Source: a bacterium (GTDB lineage Bacteria; Patescibacteriota; Dojkabacteria; JAKAPS01; JAJZLI01). From it: a stretch of DNA of 64,000 bases. Position numbers and translations under genes: made by a program. Location: assembly GCA_021785355.1 (NCBI GenBank), contig JAJYFR010000001.1, positions 66,976 to 130,975 of the forward strand, in the 5' to 3' direction. Below the pieces are notes generated by a model. That model ran no database searches, was not told where the DNA came from, and worked only from the letters and a program-made list of their open reading frames with translations. Each line of letters opens with the position of its first letter. The stretch's first letter is position 1. Shown here one piece after another: positions 40,781 to 51,180 of the stretch.

Positions 40781-42784
40781 TTGTATAGGTAATACATCTA
40801 TACTCAAATATCTATCCTGGTTATAATTATTCCTTAAAATTTTCTTTATTAAACTTGAATTATTATTTACTTTTATTATTATATTTTTAGAATATAAGTA
40901 ATTATTCCTATAGGGATATGAATTTACTGGATAATATATTTTTATTCCGTCTATATTTTGATTAACTAGATTTTTATATATATCTTTTGATCTAGAGTTA
41001 AGTGTTTTTTCTGTTTTAGATTTAATTTGAATCTTTATTATTTCTGAAAAAGGTGGATATCCAAATAATTTTCTGTTTTTTATTTCTTCTTCAAAAAAAG
41101 ATTCATAGTTATTCTCAATAGCTTTTTTTAAGATATCATTTTCAGGATCATATGTCTGTATAAGTACTTTTCCTGAGTTTCCTTTTCTAGATGTTCTTCC
41201 AAATATCTGTACTAATTTTTGATAAGAATTTTCATAACCTCTATAGTCAGGAAAAGATAATTCTAGATCAGGATTGAGTAAACAAATTAGTTTTACTTTA
41301 TCTATGTCCCATCCTTTTATAATAAGTTGTGTTCCTATTATAATATTTATATTTTTATTATTTAATTTATCGTATATATTTTCATCTTTTGATAATTTAT
41401 TGTTCTTGTTATAATCTTTGTCCAATATAAAAATATTAAGATCACCTTTAATGGCAGAAAATTCTTTTTCTATTTCATTTTTTACATATTGAGTGCCAAA
41501 TCCATAAAATTTTATTTTCTTATTACCACATGACATACATTTCAGTTCTTTTATATTTTTTTGATAATCACAATGATGGCATTTATAATAAAAAGAATGA
41601 TTACCTGGATTTAATGTATGAATATTTAAAGGTATATTGCATCTTGGGCACTCTTCAGAATAACCGCATTGATCACATAATGTTATAGGGGAGTAGCCTC
41701 TTCTGTTAATATATAATATTAATTTACCATTTTCTTCTATTATATCCTGTATATATTTTTTTAGTTTATTTGAGAAAATAGATTTATTGTAATTAAGTTT
41801 TTCTTCTTTTAAGTCAATAATTTCAAAGGATGTCTCTCTGTTAAATTTATATTTTTCGTTAAGTTTTATGATTTTATATTCATTCTTATTGCTTAAATAC
41901 CTATAATACGTGTCAATTCTAGGTGTTGCACTACCTAATAATACCTTAATTTTTGAAAGATCAGAGATATATTCTGCTATTTCTATTGTGTCGTACCTTG
42001 GGTCTTGTTCTTGTTTATAGCTGTTGTCATGGAATTCATCCATGATTATTAGTCCTAAATTGTTAAATCTTGAAAAAATTGCAGATCTAGCCCCTATAAT
42101 AATTCTCTTTTTATTTTCATAGATCAGATTATTCTCTATGTTTTTATCTTTTTTTGAAATTTTACTATGAATTAATGAAATTATATTTTCATTAAATATA
42201 AGGTTAATTTTTAAAAATAGTTGAGAGGTCAATGTTATATCTGGAACCAAAATCAAAACTTGTTTATTTTCCTGTATATATTTCTTTATTAGATCTATGT
42301 AAATCTCAGTTTTTCCGCTACCAGTAACACCCAAGAGTATATATTTCTTTACATTAATTTCAGAAATAAATTCATTAACTACAAATGATTGTTTTTCTGT
42401 AAGAATTTTTTTTTCTATATTAACGGCTCTATTATAATCATTTACATCTTTTATTTCATCATTTTTTGAGTGGTAACGTTTTGTTATAAAAGGATTTATT
42501 GAATTACTTATCATACCGTTATAGTAAGTGATTAAATGTTTCAATATCTTTAATTCTGTGATACTTAAGGGTATATATTCTGTTTTAGAATCCTCTATTA
42601 TTTCTTTTATTTTAAAGTTGTAATTATGTTCATTTGTACTTAATTTATCTACTATAATACCAATAGTAGTTTCTTTTCCAAAAGGTACAGAAACTATATC
42701 TCCTATATTATATTTATTATTGCTTTTGTAAATGACAGGATCATTAATTTTTAATTTAGTCTTTACAAAAATTTTATATATCAT
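40772..42784 (-). CDS. priA: Primosomal protein N' (PriA helicase)
   Basis: 670 aa. Walker A GVTGSGKTEIY, DEFH box (IMDEFHD). Cys-rich zinc-binding insert (CDQCGY..CPRCN...CHHCDY...CMSCGN). Confidence 0.85.
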   Translation of the reverse strand: MIYKIFVKTKLKINDPVIYKSNNKYNIGDIVSVPFGKETTIGIIVDKLSTNEHNYNFKIKEIIEDSKTEYIPLSITELKILKHLITYYNGMISNSINPFITKRYHSKNDEIKDVNDYNRAVNIEKKILTEKQSFVVNEFISEINVKKYILLGVTGSGKTEIYIDLIKKYIQENKQVLILVPDITLTSQLFLKINLIFNENIISLIHSKISKKDKNIENNLIYENKKRIIIGARSAIFSRFNNLGLIIMDEFHDNSYKQEQDPRYDTIEIAEYISDLSKIKVLLGSATPRIDTYYRYLSNKNEYKIIKLNEKYKFNRETSFEIIDLKEEKLNYNKSIFSNKLKKYIQDIIEENGKLILYINRRGYSPITLCDQCGYSEECPRCNIPLNIHTLNPGNHSFYYKCHHCDYQKNIKELKCMSCGNKKIKFYGFGTQYVKNEIEKEFSAIKGDLNIFILDKDYNKNNKLSKDENIYDKLNNKNINIIIGTQLIIKGWDIDKVKLICLLNPDLELSFPDYRGYENSYQKLVQIFGRTSRKGNSGKVLIQTYDPENDILKKAIENNYESFFEEEIKNRKLFGYPPFSEIIKIQIKSKTEKTLNSRSKDIYKNLVNQNIDGIKIYYPVNSYPYRNNYLYSKNIIIKVNNNSSLIKKILRNNYNQDRYLSIDVLPIQLT

Positions 42785-42837
42785 TTTACTATATTATATT
42801 TAAGTGTTAAAATAATGTTGCTTTACGATTATATATT

Positions 42838-43896
42838 ATGGCATTTTCTGATTTTTTTTGGAACATATTCACTTTTGATATAGGTATAGACCTTGGGACG
42901 GCTAATACTTTAGTTCTTGTTAAAAATCAGGGAATCATTATTAATGAGCCTTCGGTTGTTGCATTAAATACAAGAACTAATGAAATTTTATCTGTAGGGA
43001 AAGATGCTCAAAAGATGTTAGGTAGAACTCCTGCTTCTATTACAGCAATAAGACCTTTAAAAGATGGAGTAATATCAGATTTTGATGCAACTAGAGAAAT
43101 GATACACTATTTTATAGAAAAAGTTCATGATAATTCTTCAAAATTTTTTAAAATAGCAAGACCTAGGATAGTAATAGGTATACCTTCTTCTATAACAGAA
43201 GTCGAGAGAAAAGCTGTAATTGATGCAGCTATATCTGCTGGAGCTAGAAGTGTTTATTTGATAGAAGAACCTATGGCAGCTGCTATTGGCGCTGGACTTC
43301 CTGTGTCAGAAGCACTGGGTTCTTTTATTGTAGATATAGGGGGAGGAACAACAGATATAGCTGTTATTTCTTTGGGTGGTATAGTAATAGATAAATCTAT
43401 TAGGGTTGCAGGAGATGAATTAACTCAAGATATAATAAATTACATTAGGAATAAATATAATTTATTAATAGGTGAAAGATCTGCAGAAGAATTAAAGATT
43501 ACTTTAGGTAATGCTTATCCTAGAAAAGAAAATAAAAAAGTGTCAATAAAAGGTAGAGATATATTCTTAGGTTTACCTAAGACAGTACTTATATCAGAGG
43601 CTGAAGTTAGAGAGGCTTTATCAAATTCATTAAATATAATCATTGATTCAGTATATGAAGCTTTAGAGGAAACTCCTCCAGAGCTTATTTCAGATATAAC
43701 AGAAAAGGGAATTTGTTTAACAGGAGGAGGATCTTTAATTCCTGGAATAAAAAAATTATTCTCAGATAAAATAAAAGTGCCTTTTTATGTTGCAGAAAAT
43801 CCATTAGAAAGTGTTGTAATAGGTACATCTATATTGTTAGATGATATAAGTATGTTAGAGAAAATTAATATATCTGATTCTCAGGATTATTTATAA
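42838..43896 (+). CDS. mreB: Rod shape-determining protein MreB
   Basis: 352 aa. DIGIDLGTANTLV...NEPSVVA, GRTPASITAIRPLKDGVISDF, DIGGGTTD, LTGGGSL. Confidence 0.9.
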   Translation: MAFSDFFWNIFTFDIGIDLGTANTLVLVKNQGIIINEPSVVALNTRTNEILSVGKDAQKMLGRTPASITAIRPLKDGVISDFDATREMIHYFIEKVHDNSSKFFKIARPRIVIGIPSSITEVERKAVIDAAISAGARSVYLIEEPMAAAIGAGLPVSEALGSFIVDIGGGTTDIAVISLGGIVIDKSIRVAGDELTQDIINYIRNKYNLLIGERSAEELKITLGNAYPRKENKKVSIKGRDIFLGLPKTVLISEAEVREALSNSLNIIIDSVYEALEETPPELISDITEKGICLTGGGSLIPGIKKLFSDKIKVPFYVAENPLESVVIGTSILLDDISMLEKINISDSQDYL

Positions 43897-43897
43897 T

Positions 43898-44704
43898 ATG
43901 TTAAGATCTAAAAAGAAGTATTCTCAATTATATTATTTTAAAATTATTAGTATTTATATTGTTATAGATCTATTTTTAATATTAATATTTAATCCAGGGA
44001 GTTTTATATATGCAGATATAGGAAAAATTTTTATTCCTGTAAAAAGTTATACTTCAAAAATCTCCAATAATGTTAGCAATTTTTTATTTTCATTGGGCAA
44101 TATAAGTTCTATAGAAACTAGTAATATGAAATTACAAAGGGAGAATTATAAATATAAATCAGAAATTATTAATATTAATAATTTAAAAAATCAAAATGTT
44201 CTTTTAAAGAAACAATTATATGGAAAATATTTACCTAGTAATTATAAATATCTTTATACAGAAATAATGTATTATGGTACAAATAATACATTAGGATATA
44301 CATATATTAATTCAGGAAAGAATGAAGGAGTTGTTAAAGGAGATTCTTTAGTCTTTCAGAATTATTTGATAGGTGTAGTTAGTTCTGTTTCTAATTACTA
44401 TTCTAAAGTATCTCTACTTTCTAATATTAATAGTAATATTCCTGTCCTTGTTAATAATGTAAATGGTATAATAACTGGGAGCCTTTCTAATTCACTAGTA
44501 TTAAATGATATTACTGAATTGAATAGTATTTCAAGAGGTGATGTAGTGCTTACTTCTGGTTTAGATGGTCTACCTAAAGACCTTATAGTTGGGTATGTTG
44601 AAAGTGTAGGTTCAGGAAATAGTAATATTTTTAAAAAGGTATTTGTAGACTCAGCTATTAATATAAATAGTATTAAATCAGCATTTATAGTTATCCATGA
44701 ATAA
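43898..44704 (+). CDS. mreC: Rod shape-determining protein MreC
   Basis: 268 aa. N-terminal TM and coiled-coil, then beta-rich domain. Immediately follows mreB. Confidence 0.7.
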   Translation: MLRSKKKYSQLYYFKIISIYIVIDLFLILIFNPGSFIYADIGKIFIPVKSYTSKISNNVSNFLFSLGNISSIETSNMKLQRENYKYKSEIININNLKNQNVLLKKQLYGKYLPSNYKYLYTEIMYYGTNNTLGYTYINSGKNEGVVKGDSLVFQNYLIGVVSSVSNYYSKVSLLSNINSNIPVLVNNVNGIITGSLSNSLVLNDITELNSISRGDVVLTSGLDGLPKDLIVGYVESVGSGNSNIFKKVFVDSAININSIKSAFIVIHE

Positions 44705-45200
44705 AATAATTGCAACAATCTATATAGTATATACAATAATATTACTACTTTTTAGCAATAACAATTTCTTATTGATAAGAATTGGATTTTTTACTTTTAA
44801 TATAGTTTTTATATTCTCTTGTTTGATCTTTTTTTTGAGTCAGAATAAAAATTTGTTATTTATATATTTGTTTATATATGGGATTATTTTTGATACGTAC
44901 ACTCTAAATAGAATAGGTTTAACCAGTTTAATATTTTTTATTCCATTATTTCTTGTACTATTAATGTCTATATTTAGGCTTAAATTCAATTATTTTATAA
45001 TGATGTATCTTTTTGTAGTGAGTTTACTGTTTAATTTATTTGTATACCTTTATTTCTACGGATTTGGGTCTTTTTATGCCATATCTCATTATTTACTGTA
45101 TATTCTTATATATTCAATTATAGATACCTTACTGGTATACATATTCTTCAAAAAACTTAATAAGTCTTCTGGTGTTAATGAATATAAAGTTAATATTTAA
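44697..45200 (+). CDS. mreD: Rod shape-determining protein MreD (positional call)
   Basis: 167 aa polytopic membrane protein overlapping the mreC stop, upstream of PBP2. Confidence 0.5.
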   Translation: MNKIIATIYIVYTIILLLFSNNNFLLIRIGFFTFNIVFIFSCLIFFLSQNKNLLFIYLFIYGIIFDTYTLNRIGLTSLIFFIPLFLVLLMSIFRLKFNYFIMMYLFVVSLLFNLFVYLYFYGFGSFYAISHYLLYILIYSIIDTLLVYIFFKKLNKSSGVNEYKVNI

Positions 45201-45212
45201 TTATAAATTTGT

Positions 45213-47066
45213 ATGAAAATATCTGATTATGAAATTTCAGACCTAAATAATCTTCCTGGAGAGGAGATTGATGCATCTAAAAATAATAATTTTTCGAGAT
45301 ACTATTTATTTGCTACTATTTTTATTTTTATATCTTTTATAATTTTCAGTTTTTATCTTTCATATTTTAAGTTTAATAAATATTCAGAATTATCTTTGCA
45401 AAATAGAGTAATAAAAATTCCGGTGATAGCTACAAGAGGAGTAATTTTTGACAGAAATATGAATCAATTATCTTTCAATGTTCCTAGCTTTGATTTGTAT
45501 ATAAATATATCAAATCTGTCTAATGAAGAAATAAAAACCGATGAATACTTTTTGTCGTCAATACTTAATATACCTGTAAAAAAGATTAAAAAAAATATTC
45601 AAAATCAAATTAAGTTAGGATATCAGAGTATACTTATTGCTAATAGTATAAGTAAGGAAAATGATATATTAATAACATCAAATAAGTCTACTAAAGGTCT
45701 ATATATAAAGCAATCTTATTATATAAAATATAGGTATAATAATTTGCTTTCTCATATTATAGGTTACACTGGTCCTGTTACTGAACAGGAACTTCTTGCT
45801 AATAAAAATCTAAATCCTGAGGATATTATAGGGAGGTATGGAATAGAACAAAGTTTCAATAATTATTTAATGGGGAAGGATGGAGTAGATATTACTCAAG
45901 TAAATACATTAGGAAATAGGGTCTCAAATTTTGGAGAGATATCTCCTGTGCCAGGGGATAATGTTCAATTGACTATTAATTCTAATATACAAAAAGAACT
46001 TCAAAGTTTAATAATTCAAAATATAAAAATTAATCCAAATCATGTTACAGGTGCTGTAGGTATTGTTGAAAATGTAAATACAGGGGGTATATTAGCTATG
46101 GTAAGTTATCCTACTTTTAATAATAATAATTTCGAAGCAGGAGGAATAAGCAGTGCTAATTATAGTAAGTTGATAAATAATCCTGAAGACCCACTCTTAA
46201 ATAGAGCTATTACAGAAGAACAGCCTGTGGGTTCAATTATGAAAACAATTTTACTTTTAGCTGGATTACAAGTTAAAGCTATTACACCTACTACTCAATT
46301 TTCTGTACCTGGTACATTTGTTTATGATGGTACTACATTTCAAAATTATGCAAAAATAAATTGGGGTGTTGCAGATATTGTTAAATGTTTACAATTTTCG
46401 ATTAATGTTTTTGCATTTAAATCAGCATTAAAGATTGGTATAAATAATTTTGTTAAGTTTGAAAAAGATTTTGGATTAGGTGCAAAGACTAATATTCAAT
46501 TACCAGGAGAGTTATCTGGTATAATTTCAGATCCTAAAAATAAATATTTAATTACTAAACAACCTTGGAATCCAGGAGATTTATTAAATGCTTCAATTGG
46601 TCAAGGATATACAGAAGTTACTCCTATTCAAGTTGTAAATTGGATAAGTGCTATAGCTAATGGAGGTAAATTAATGCAACCAAGAATTGTAAAAGCTATA
46701 TATTCTTCAAATAATAAATTAGTTAAAAGCTTTGGTCCTAAAATAATAAGACAGGGATTTGTTTCTCAAGCTAATTTATCTGTTATCAAGACTGGAATGC
46801 TTCAAGCTGTACAAAATGGTATAGATATTGCAGCAAAAAGTACATTAGCTGATAATGCAGGAAAAAGTGGAACAGCTCAATTTGGAGTAGAAAGTGTTGG
46901 AAATCAAAATAATAGATATACTCAAGCTCATTCATGGATGTCTTCATTTGCTCCATATAATAAACCTCAGATAGCTATGGTAGTATTTGAGGAGAATGGA
47001 GGATTGAGTACTTACTCCGCTGAGGTTGTAAAAAATTTTATGAACTGGTATTTTAAGACTTATTAA
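45213..47066 (+). CDS. mrdA: Penicillin-binding protein 2 (transpeptidase)
   Basis: 617 aa. N-terminal TM. Transpeptidase boxes SIMK (SxxK), SIN (SxN), KSGT (KTG-like). Confidence 0.8.
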   Translation: MKISDYEISDLNNLPGEEIDASKNNNFSRYYLFATIFIFISFIIFSFYLSYFKFNKYSELSLQNRVIKIPVIATRGVIFDRNMNQLSFNVPSFDLYINISNLSNEEIKTDEYFLSSILNIPVKKIKKNIQNQIKLGYQSILIANSISKENDILITSNKSTKGLYIKQSYYIKYRYNNLLSHIIGYTGPVTEQELLANKNLNPEDIIGRYGIEQSFNNYLMGKDGVDITQVNTLGNRVSNFGEISPVPGDNVQLTINSNIQKELQSLIIQNIKINPNHVTGAVGIVENVNTGGILAMVSYPTFNNNNFEAGGISSANYSKLINNPEDPLLNRAITEEQPVGSIMKTILLLAGLQVKAITPTTQFSVPGTFVYDGTTFQNYAKINWGVADIVKCLQFSINVFAFKSALKIGINNFVKFEKDFGLGAKTNIQLPGELSGIISDPKNKYLITKQPWNPGDLLNASIGQGYTEVTPIQVVNWISAIANGGKLMQPRIVKAIYSSNNKLVKSFGPKIIRQGFVSQANLSVIKTGMLQAVQNGIDIAAKSTLADNAGKSGTAQFGVESVGNQNNRYTQAHSWMSSFAPYNKPQIAMVVFEENGGLSTYSAEVVKNFMNWYFKTY

Positions 47067-47082
47067 TTTAAAAATAGTTATT

Positions 47083-49233
47083 ATGGCGAAGAATTTAATA
47101 ATAGTAGAATCTCCAACTAAAGCAAATACTTTATCTAAATTTTTGGATTCAAGCTATGATGTAATAGCAACTAAGGGACATATAGAAGATTTACCAAAGA
47201 GTAAATTTGGAGTAGATATTGAAAATCATTTTTCTCCTGAATACCAGATTTTAAAGGATAAAGTTAAATTATTAAAAGAAATACAGAAAAAAGCAAAAGA
47301 TGTAAGTAATCTTTATATTGCAACAGATCCTGATAGAGAAGGTGAAGCAATAGGTTGGCATATTTTAGAAAATTTAAAACTTAATAAAGACACAATAGTA
47401 CAAAGGATAGCTTTTCATGAAATAACAAAGAAGGCTTTATTGGAGTCTTTAAATAATCCGACAGAATTAAATTCTAATCTTATAAAATCTCAGCAAGCAA
47501 GAAGAATTCTAGATAGAATTGTAGGTTATAAACTTTCTCCTTTGATATGGGAAAAAATAAGATATGGTTTATCGGCGGGTAGAGTTCAGTCTGTAGCTTT
47601 AAACCTTATAGTTAAAAGGGAAAATGAAATAAAGAGCTTTATTCCAGAAGAGTATTGGGATATAAGTTCGATCATTGATATAGATAAGATTTCTATTAAG
47701 TTCTTATTATCTAAGTTAAATAACAAGAAAATCAAATTAAGTAATGAAAAAGATGTAGACAATGTAGTGAATGAAATAGAGAAAGGTGACTTAAAATTAA
47801 AGGATATAAAAATTTCTAGTTTGAAAAAATATCCCAAACCTCCTTATACAACATCTACACTTCAACAAGATGCAAATTTAAGATTAGGATTCTCTTCTAA
47901 AAAAACCATGTTATTAGCTCAACAGATGTATGAAGGAGTTAAAATTGATAATGAACAAGTGGGTATAATAACATATATGAGAACAGATTCTGTTTCTTTA
48001 TCTAGTGATTCTATTTCAGATATAAGAATTTTGGTAAATGATAAATATTCAGAAAAATATCTTCCATCAAAACCTAATTTATATAAAGTAAAAAGTAAAT
48101 TAGCTCAAGAAGCTCATGAAGCAATTAGGCCTTCTGTTGTAAGCAGAGACCCTGATTCAATAAAACAATATCTAACAAATGATCAATATAAAGTATATAA
48201 ATTAATTTGGGAGCGTACTGTAGCTTCTCAAATGAATCCTGCTGTATATGATAATAAAAAATTGATATTAGAGGTTTTATATAAAGAGAATATATATGAA
48301 TTATATGCTAGTTTTTCGTCATTAAATTTTGATGGCTTTAAGAAAGTTTATAATATAAAAGAGAAAGATATTGAAGAAATTAAATTTCCTTTTAGTTCTA
48401 TAGATGAGATAAAAAAAGCTGTTTTGAATATTGTAAAAATAAATAAAGATCAACATTTTACTGAACCTCCTGCTAGATATAATGATGCTTCCTTGATAAA
48501 AAAATGTGAATTAATAGGTATAGGAAGGCCTTCTACTTATTCTTCTATAATTTCAACTCTGCTTAATAGGGGGTATATAATAAGGAAAGATCGAAATTTT
48601 TTTCCTACTGACATCGGAATAGTAGTTAATGATTTTTTAGAAAAATATTTTTCTAATATAGTAGATGCAAATTTTACTTCAAAAATGGAAGATGATTTGG
48701 ATAAAGTAGCTTCTGGTAATCTAGATTGGGAAAAGGTAATAAAAGATTTTTATTTTCCTTTTGAGAAAGAAATTGAGAGTAATAAAGATAAAATTAACAA
48801 AAATGATATTACAAATTTGGGTGAATCTGAAGAAAAATGTCCAGATTGCGGGGCTCCCATGTTCTATAAATTAGGTAAATATGGTAAATTTTTGAGTTGT
48901 TCTAGATATCCTGAATGTAAAGGAATGAAAGCTATTTTATCCGATGAAGATAAAGATATAGTTAATATAGAAGAAAAATGTCCAGATTGTGGAGGAAATC
49001 TTATCTTGAAAAAAGGAAGATTTGGAGATTTTTATGCATGCAGTAATTACCCTGACTGTAAATATACTAGATCTTTAAAGAATAACCCAAAAAAAGTTTT
49101 AGAAATTAAGTGTCCAGATTGTGGAGAAGGTAATTTGGTGGAAATTAGAAATAAAAGAGGTCAAATATTTTATGGTTGTAGTAATTATCCTAAATGTAAA
49201 TTTACTACAAATAAATTAGATGATTTATCCTAA
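47083..49233 (+). CDS. topA: DNA topoisomerase I
   Basis: 716 aa. TOPRIM start LIIVESPTKA. Catalytic core. Four C-terminal C4 zinc ribbons (CPDCG...C..YP.C). Confidence 0.9.
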   Translation: MAKNLIIVESPTKANTLSKFLDSSYDVIATKGHIEDLPKSKFGVDIENHFSPEYQILKDKVKLLKEIQKKAKDVSNLYIATDPDREGEAIGWHILENLKLNKDTIVQRIAFHEITKKALLESLNNPTELNSNLIKSQQARRILDRIVGYKLSPLIWEKIRYGLSAGRVQSVALNLIVKRENEIKSFIPEEYWDISSIIDIDKISIKFLLSKLNNKKIKLSNEKDVDNVVNEIEKGDLKLKDIKISSLKKYPKPPYTTSTLQQDANLRLGFSSKKTMLLAQQMYEGVKIDNEQVGIITYMRTDSVSLSSDSISDIRILVNDKYSEKYLPSKPNLYKVKSKLAQEAHEAIRPSVVSRDPDSIKQYLTNDQYKVYKLIWERTVASQMNPAVYDNKKLILEVLYKENIYELYASFSSLNFDGFKKVYNIKEKDIEEIKFPFSSIDEIKKAVLNIVKINKDQHFTEPPARYNDASLIKKCELIGIGRPSTYSSIISTLLNRGYIIRKDRNFFPTDIGIVVNDFLEKYFSNIVDANFTSKMEDDLDKVASGNLDWEKVIKDFYFPFEKEIESNKDKINKNDITNLGESEEKCPDCGAPMFYKLGKYGKFLSCSRYPECKGMKAILSDEDKDIVNIEEKCPDCGGNLILKKGRFGDFYACSNYPDCKYTRSLKNNPKKVLEIKCPDCGEGNLVEIRNKRGQIFYGCSNYPKCKFTTNKLDDLS

Positions 49234-49358
49234 TTTAAATTTGTTTTATAACATATAACATGTTAGAATAAGCATATATAATTTTAGTATTACATAATCA
49301 ATATTTCTCTTTCCTTACTTATAAGGCTTGTTGATTAGGTGTAAAAAGGAGTAATTTT

Positions 49359-50033
49359 ATGAAAGAAATAACAGTTGAAAATTTATTAAAAGCAGGAGTT
49401 CATTTTGGACATCAAACAAAAAGATGGAATCCAAAAATGAAAAAATATATTTATACTTCAATAAATAATTCTCATATAATAAATTTAGATATGACTTTAG
49501 AGTATTTAGAGTTAGCTTTAAAATTTCTTAAGACAGTAAATCCTAAAAATATATTATTTGTGGGGACTAAAAAACAAATACAAGATATTGTAAAAGAAAA
49601 TGCTGAAAAATTGAATTCCTTTTATGTTACAGAAAGATGGCCAGGAGGTTTATTAACTAATTTTAAAACAGTAAGTTTAAGTTTGAGAAAATTGGATGAA
49701 TATGACTCAATTCTAAACTCAGAAGATGCAAGATCTAAAAGGACTAAGTTAGAATTATTGAAAATTTCTGAAGATAGAGAAAGATTATTACGATTATATG
49801 GTGGAATAAGAAAAATATCTAAGAAAATAGACGCAATATTTATTGTAGATGTAAAAACAGAGCAAGTTGCTCTAAAAGAAGCAAAAAAATTAGGAATACC
49901 TGTTGTTGCTATTGTTGATACTAATGTTGATCCAGATGACGTAGAGTACCCTATTCCAGGTAATGATGATGGTATTAAATCTGTAGAATTAATATTAAGT
50001 TATATTACAGATAATATTTTAAATTCTAAATAA
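49359..50033 (+). CDS. rpsB: 30S ribosomal protein S2
   Basis: LLKAGVHFGHQTKRWNPKM signature. SD aaaggag upstream. Confidence 0.9.
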   Translation: MKEITVENLLKAGVHFGHQTKRWNPKMKKYIYTSINNSHIINLDMTLEYLELALKFLKTVNPKNILFVGTKKQIQDIVKENAEKLNSFYVTERWPGGLLTNFKTVSLSLRKLDEYDSILNSEDARSKRTKLELLKISEDRERLLRLYGGIRKISKKIDAIFIVDVKTEQVALKEAKKLGIPVVAIVDTNVDPDDVEYPIPGNDDGIKSVELILSYITDNILNSK

Positions 50034-50035
50034 TT

Positions 50036-50632
50036 ATGAATATAAGTGTAGATTTAATTAAACAATTAAGAGAAATGACAAATGCTGGAGTTTCTGATTG
50101 TAAGAAGGCTTTGGTTGAAGCAAAAGGGAATATAGAAGAAGCTGTTAAAATTTTAAGAAAGAATGGAGCTTTAAAAACAATTTCTAGAAATTCTAGAGAA
50201 GTTTCAGAAGGTTGGATTGGAAGTTATGTTCATCATAATGGAAGACTTGCTTCTCTACTGGTTTTAAAATGTGAAACAGATTTTGTTGCTAGAACAGATT
50301 TATTTAAAGATTTGGCACATTCTTTGGCTGTTCAAGTTATAACTTCAAATCCTCTATATGTTTCAAGAGAAGATGTTCCAGAAGATGTTATAGAAAAAGA
50401 AAAAGCTATAATTTTGGAAGATAAAATGTTCTCAGGTAAAAATAAAGATGTTCAAGATAAAATATTAGAAGGTAAATTAGAAAAAGTTTTCGAAGAAATT
50501 TGTTTACTCGAACAATCTTTTTATAAAGACGGAGCCTTAAAAGTATCTGATGTTATAAATGAAATTGCTTCTCAAACAGGAGAAAATATTAAAGTTGAAA
50601 ATTTTGTTAGATTAGAACTTGGAAATTCATGA
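50036..50632 (+). CDS. tsf: Elongation factor Ts
   Basis: 198 aa. N-terminal UBA-like LIKQLREMTNAGVSDCKKAL. Follows rpsB. Confidence 0.85.
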   Translation: MNISVDLIKQLREMTNAGVSDCKKALVEAKGNIEEAVKILRKNGALKTISRNSREVSEGWIGSYVHHNGRLASLLVLKCETDFVARTDLFKDLAHSLAVQVITSNPLYVSREDVPEDVIEKEKAIILEDKMFSGKNKDVQDKILEGKLEKVFEEICLLEQSFYKDGALKVSDVINEIASQTGENIKVENFVRLELGNS

Positions 50633-51177
50633 CAATAGATGAATTTAAATCTAAAATCTCAAAGAATATAGAGTTTTTTAAACAAGAAATTAAATCTTTG
50701 AGGTCGAGTTCTGCAAATATTGGAATAGTTGAAGATATAAAAGTGAATGTATATGGTTCTAATATGCCTATATCTCAGATAGCAACTATTACAGTTCCAG
50801 ATGTTAATTTAATTTTAATACAACCTTGGGATAGTTCTAATATAGATCCGATATGTAATGCTATTACAAATCTTAATATAGGTATTAATCCTATAAAATC
50901 TGTTAATGAAATAAAACTACCTATACCACCTTTAAGTGAAGAAAGAAGAAAGGATTTTATTAAAATTTTAAATTTAAAAATGGAAGAAAGTAAGATCTCT
51001 ATGAGAAATTTACGTAAAGAATATCTAAATAAAATAAAAAAAGATTTTGATAATTCAGAAATAAGGGAAGATGATTTTAAACGAGATGAAGAAATGGTAG
51101 ATTCAATAATTAAAGAAAAAACAAAAGAATTGCAAGATATTCATGACGAAAAGAGGGAAGATTTACTAAAAGTTTAA
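50629..51177 (+). CDS. frr: Ribosome recycling factor
   Basis: 182 aa. RRF-like (IKVNVYGSNMPISQIATI ... NLRKEYLNKIKK). Confidence 0.85.
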   Translation: MTIDEFKSKISKNIEFFKQEIKSLRSSSANIGIVEDIKVNVYGSNMPISQIATITVPDVNLILIQPWDSSNIDPICNAITNLNIGINPIKSVNEIKLPIPPLSEERRKDFIKILNLKMEESKISMRNLRKEYLNKIKKDFDNSEIREDDFKRDEEMVDSIIKEKTKELQDIHDEKREDLLKV

Positions 51178-51180
51178 TAT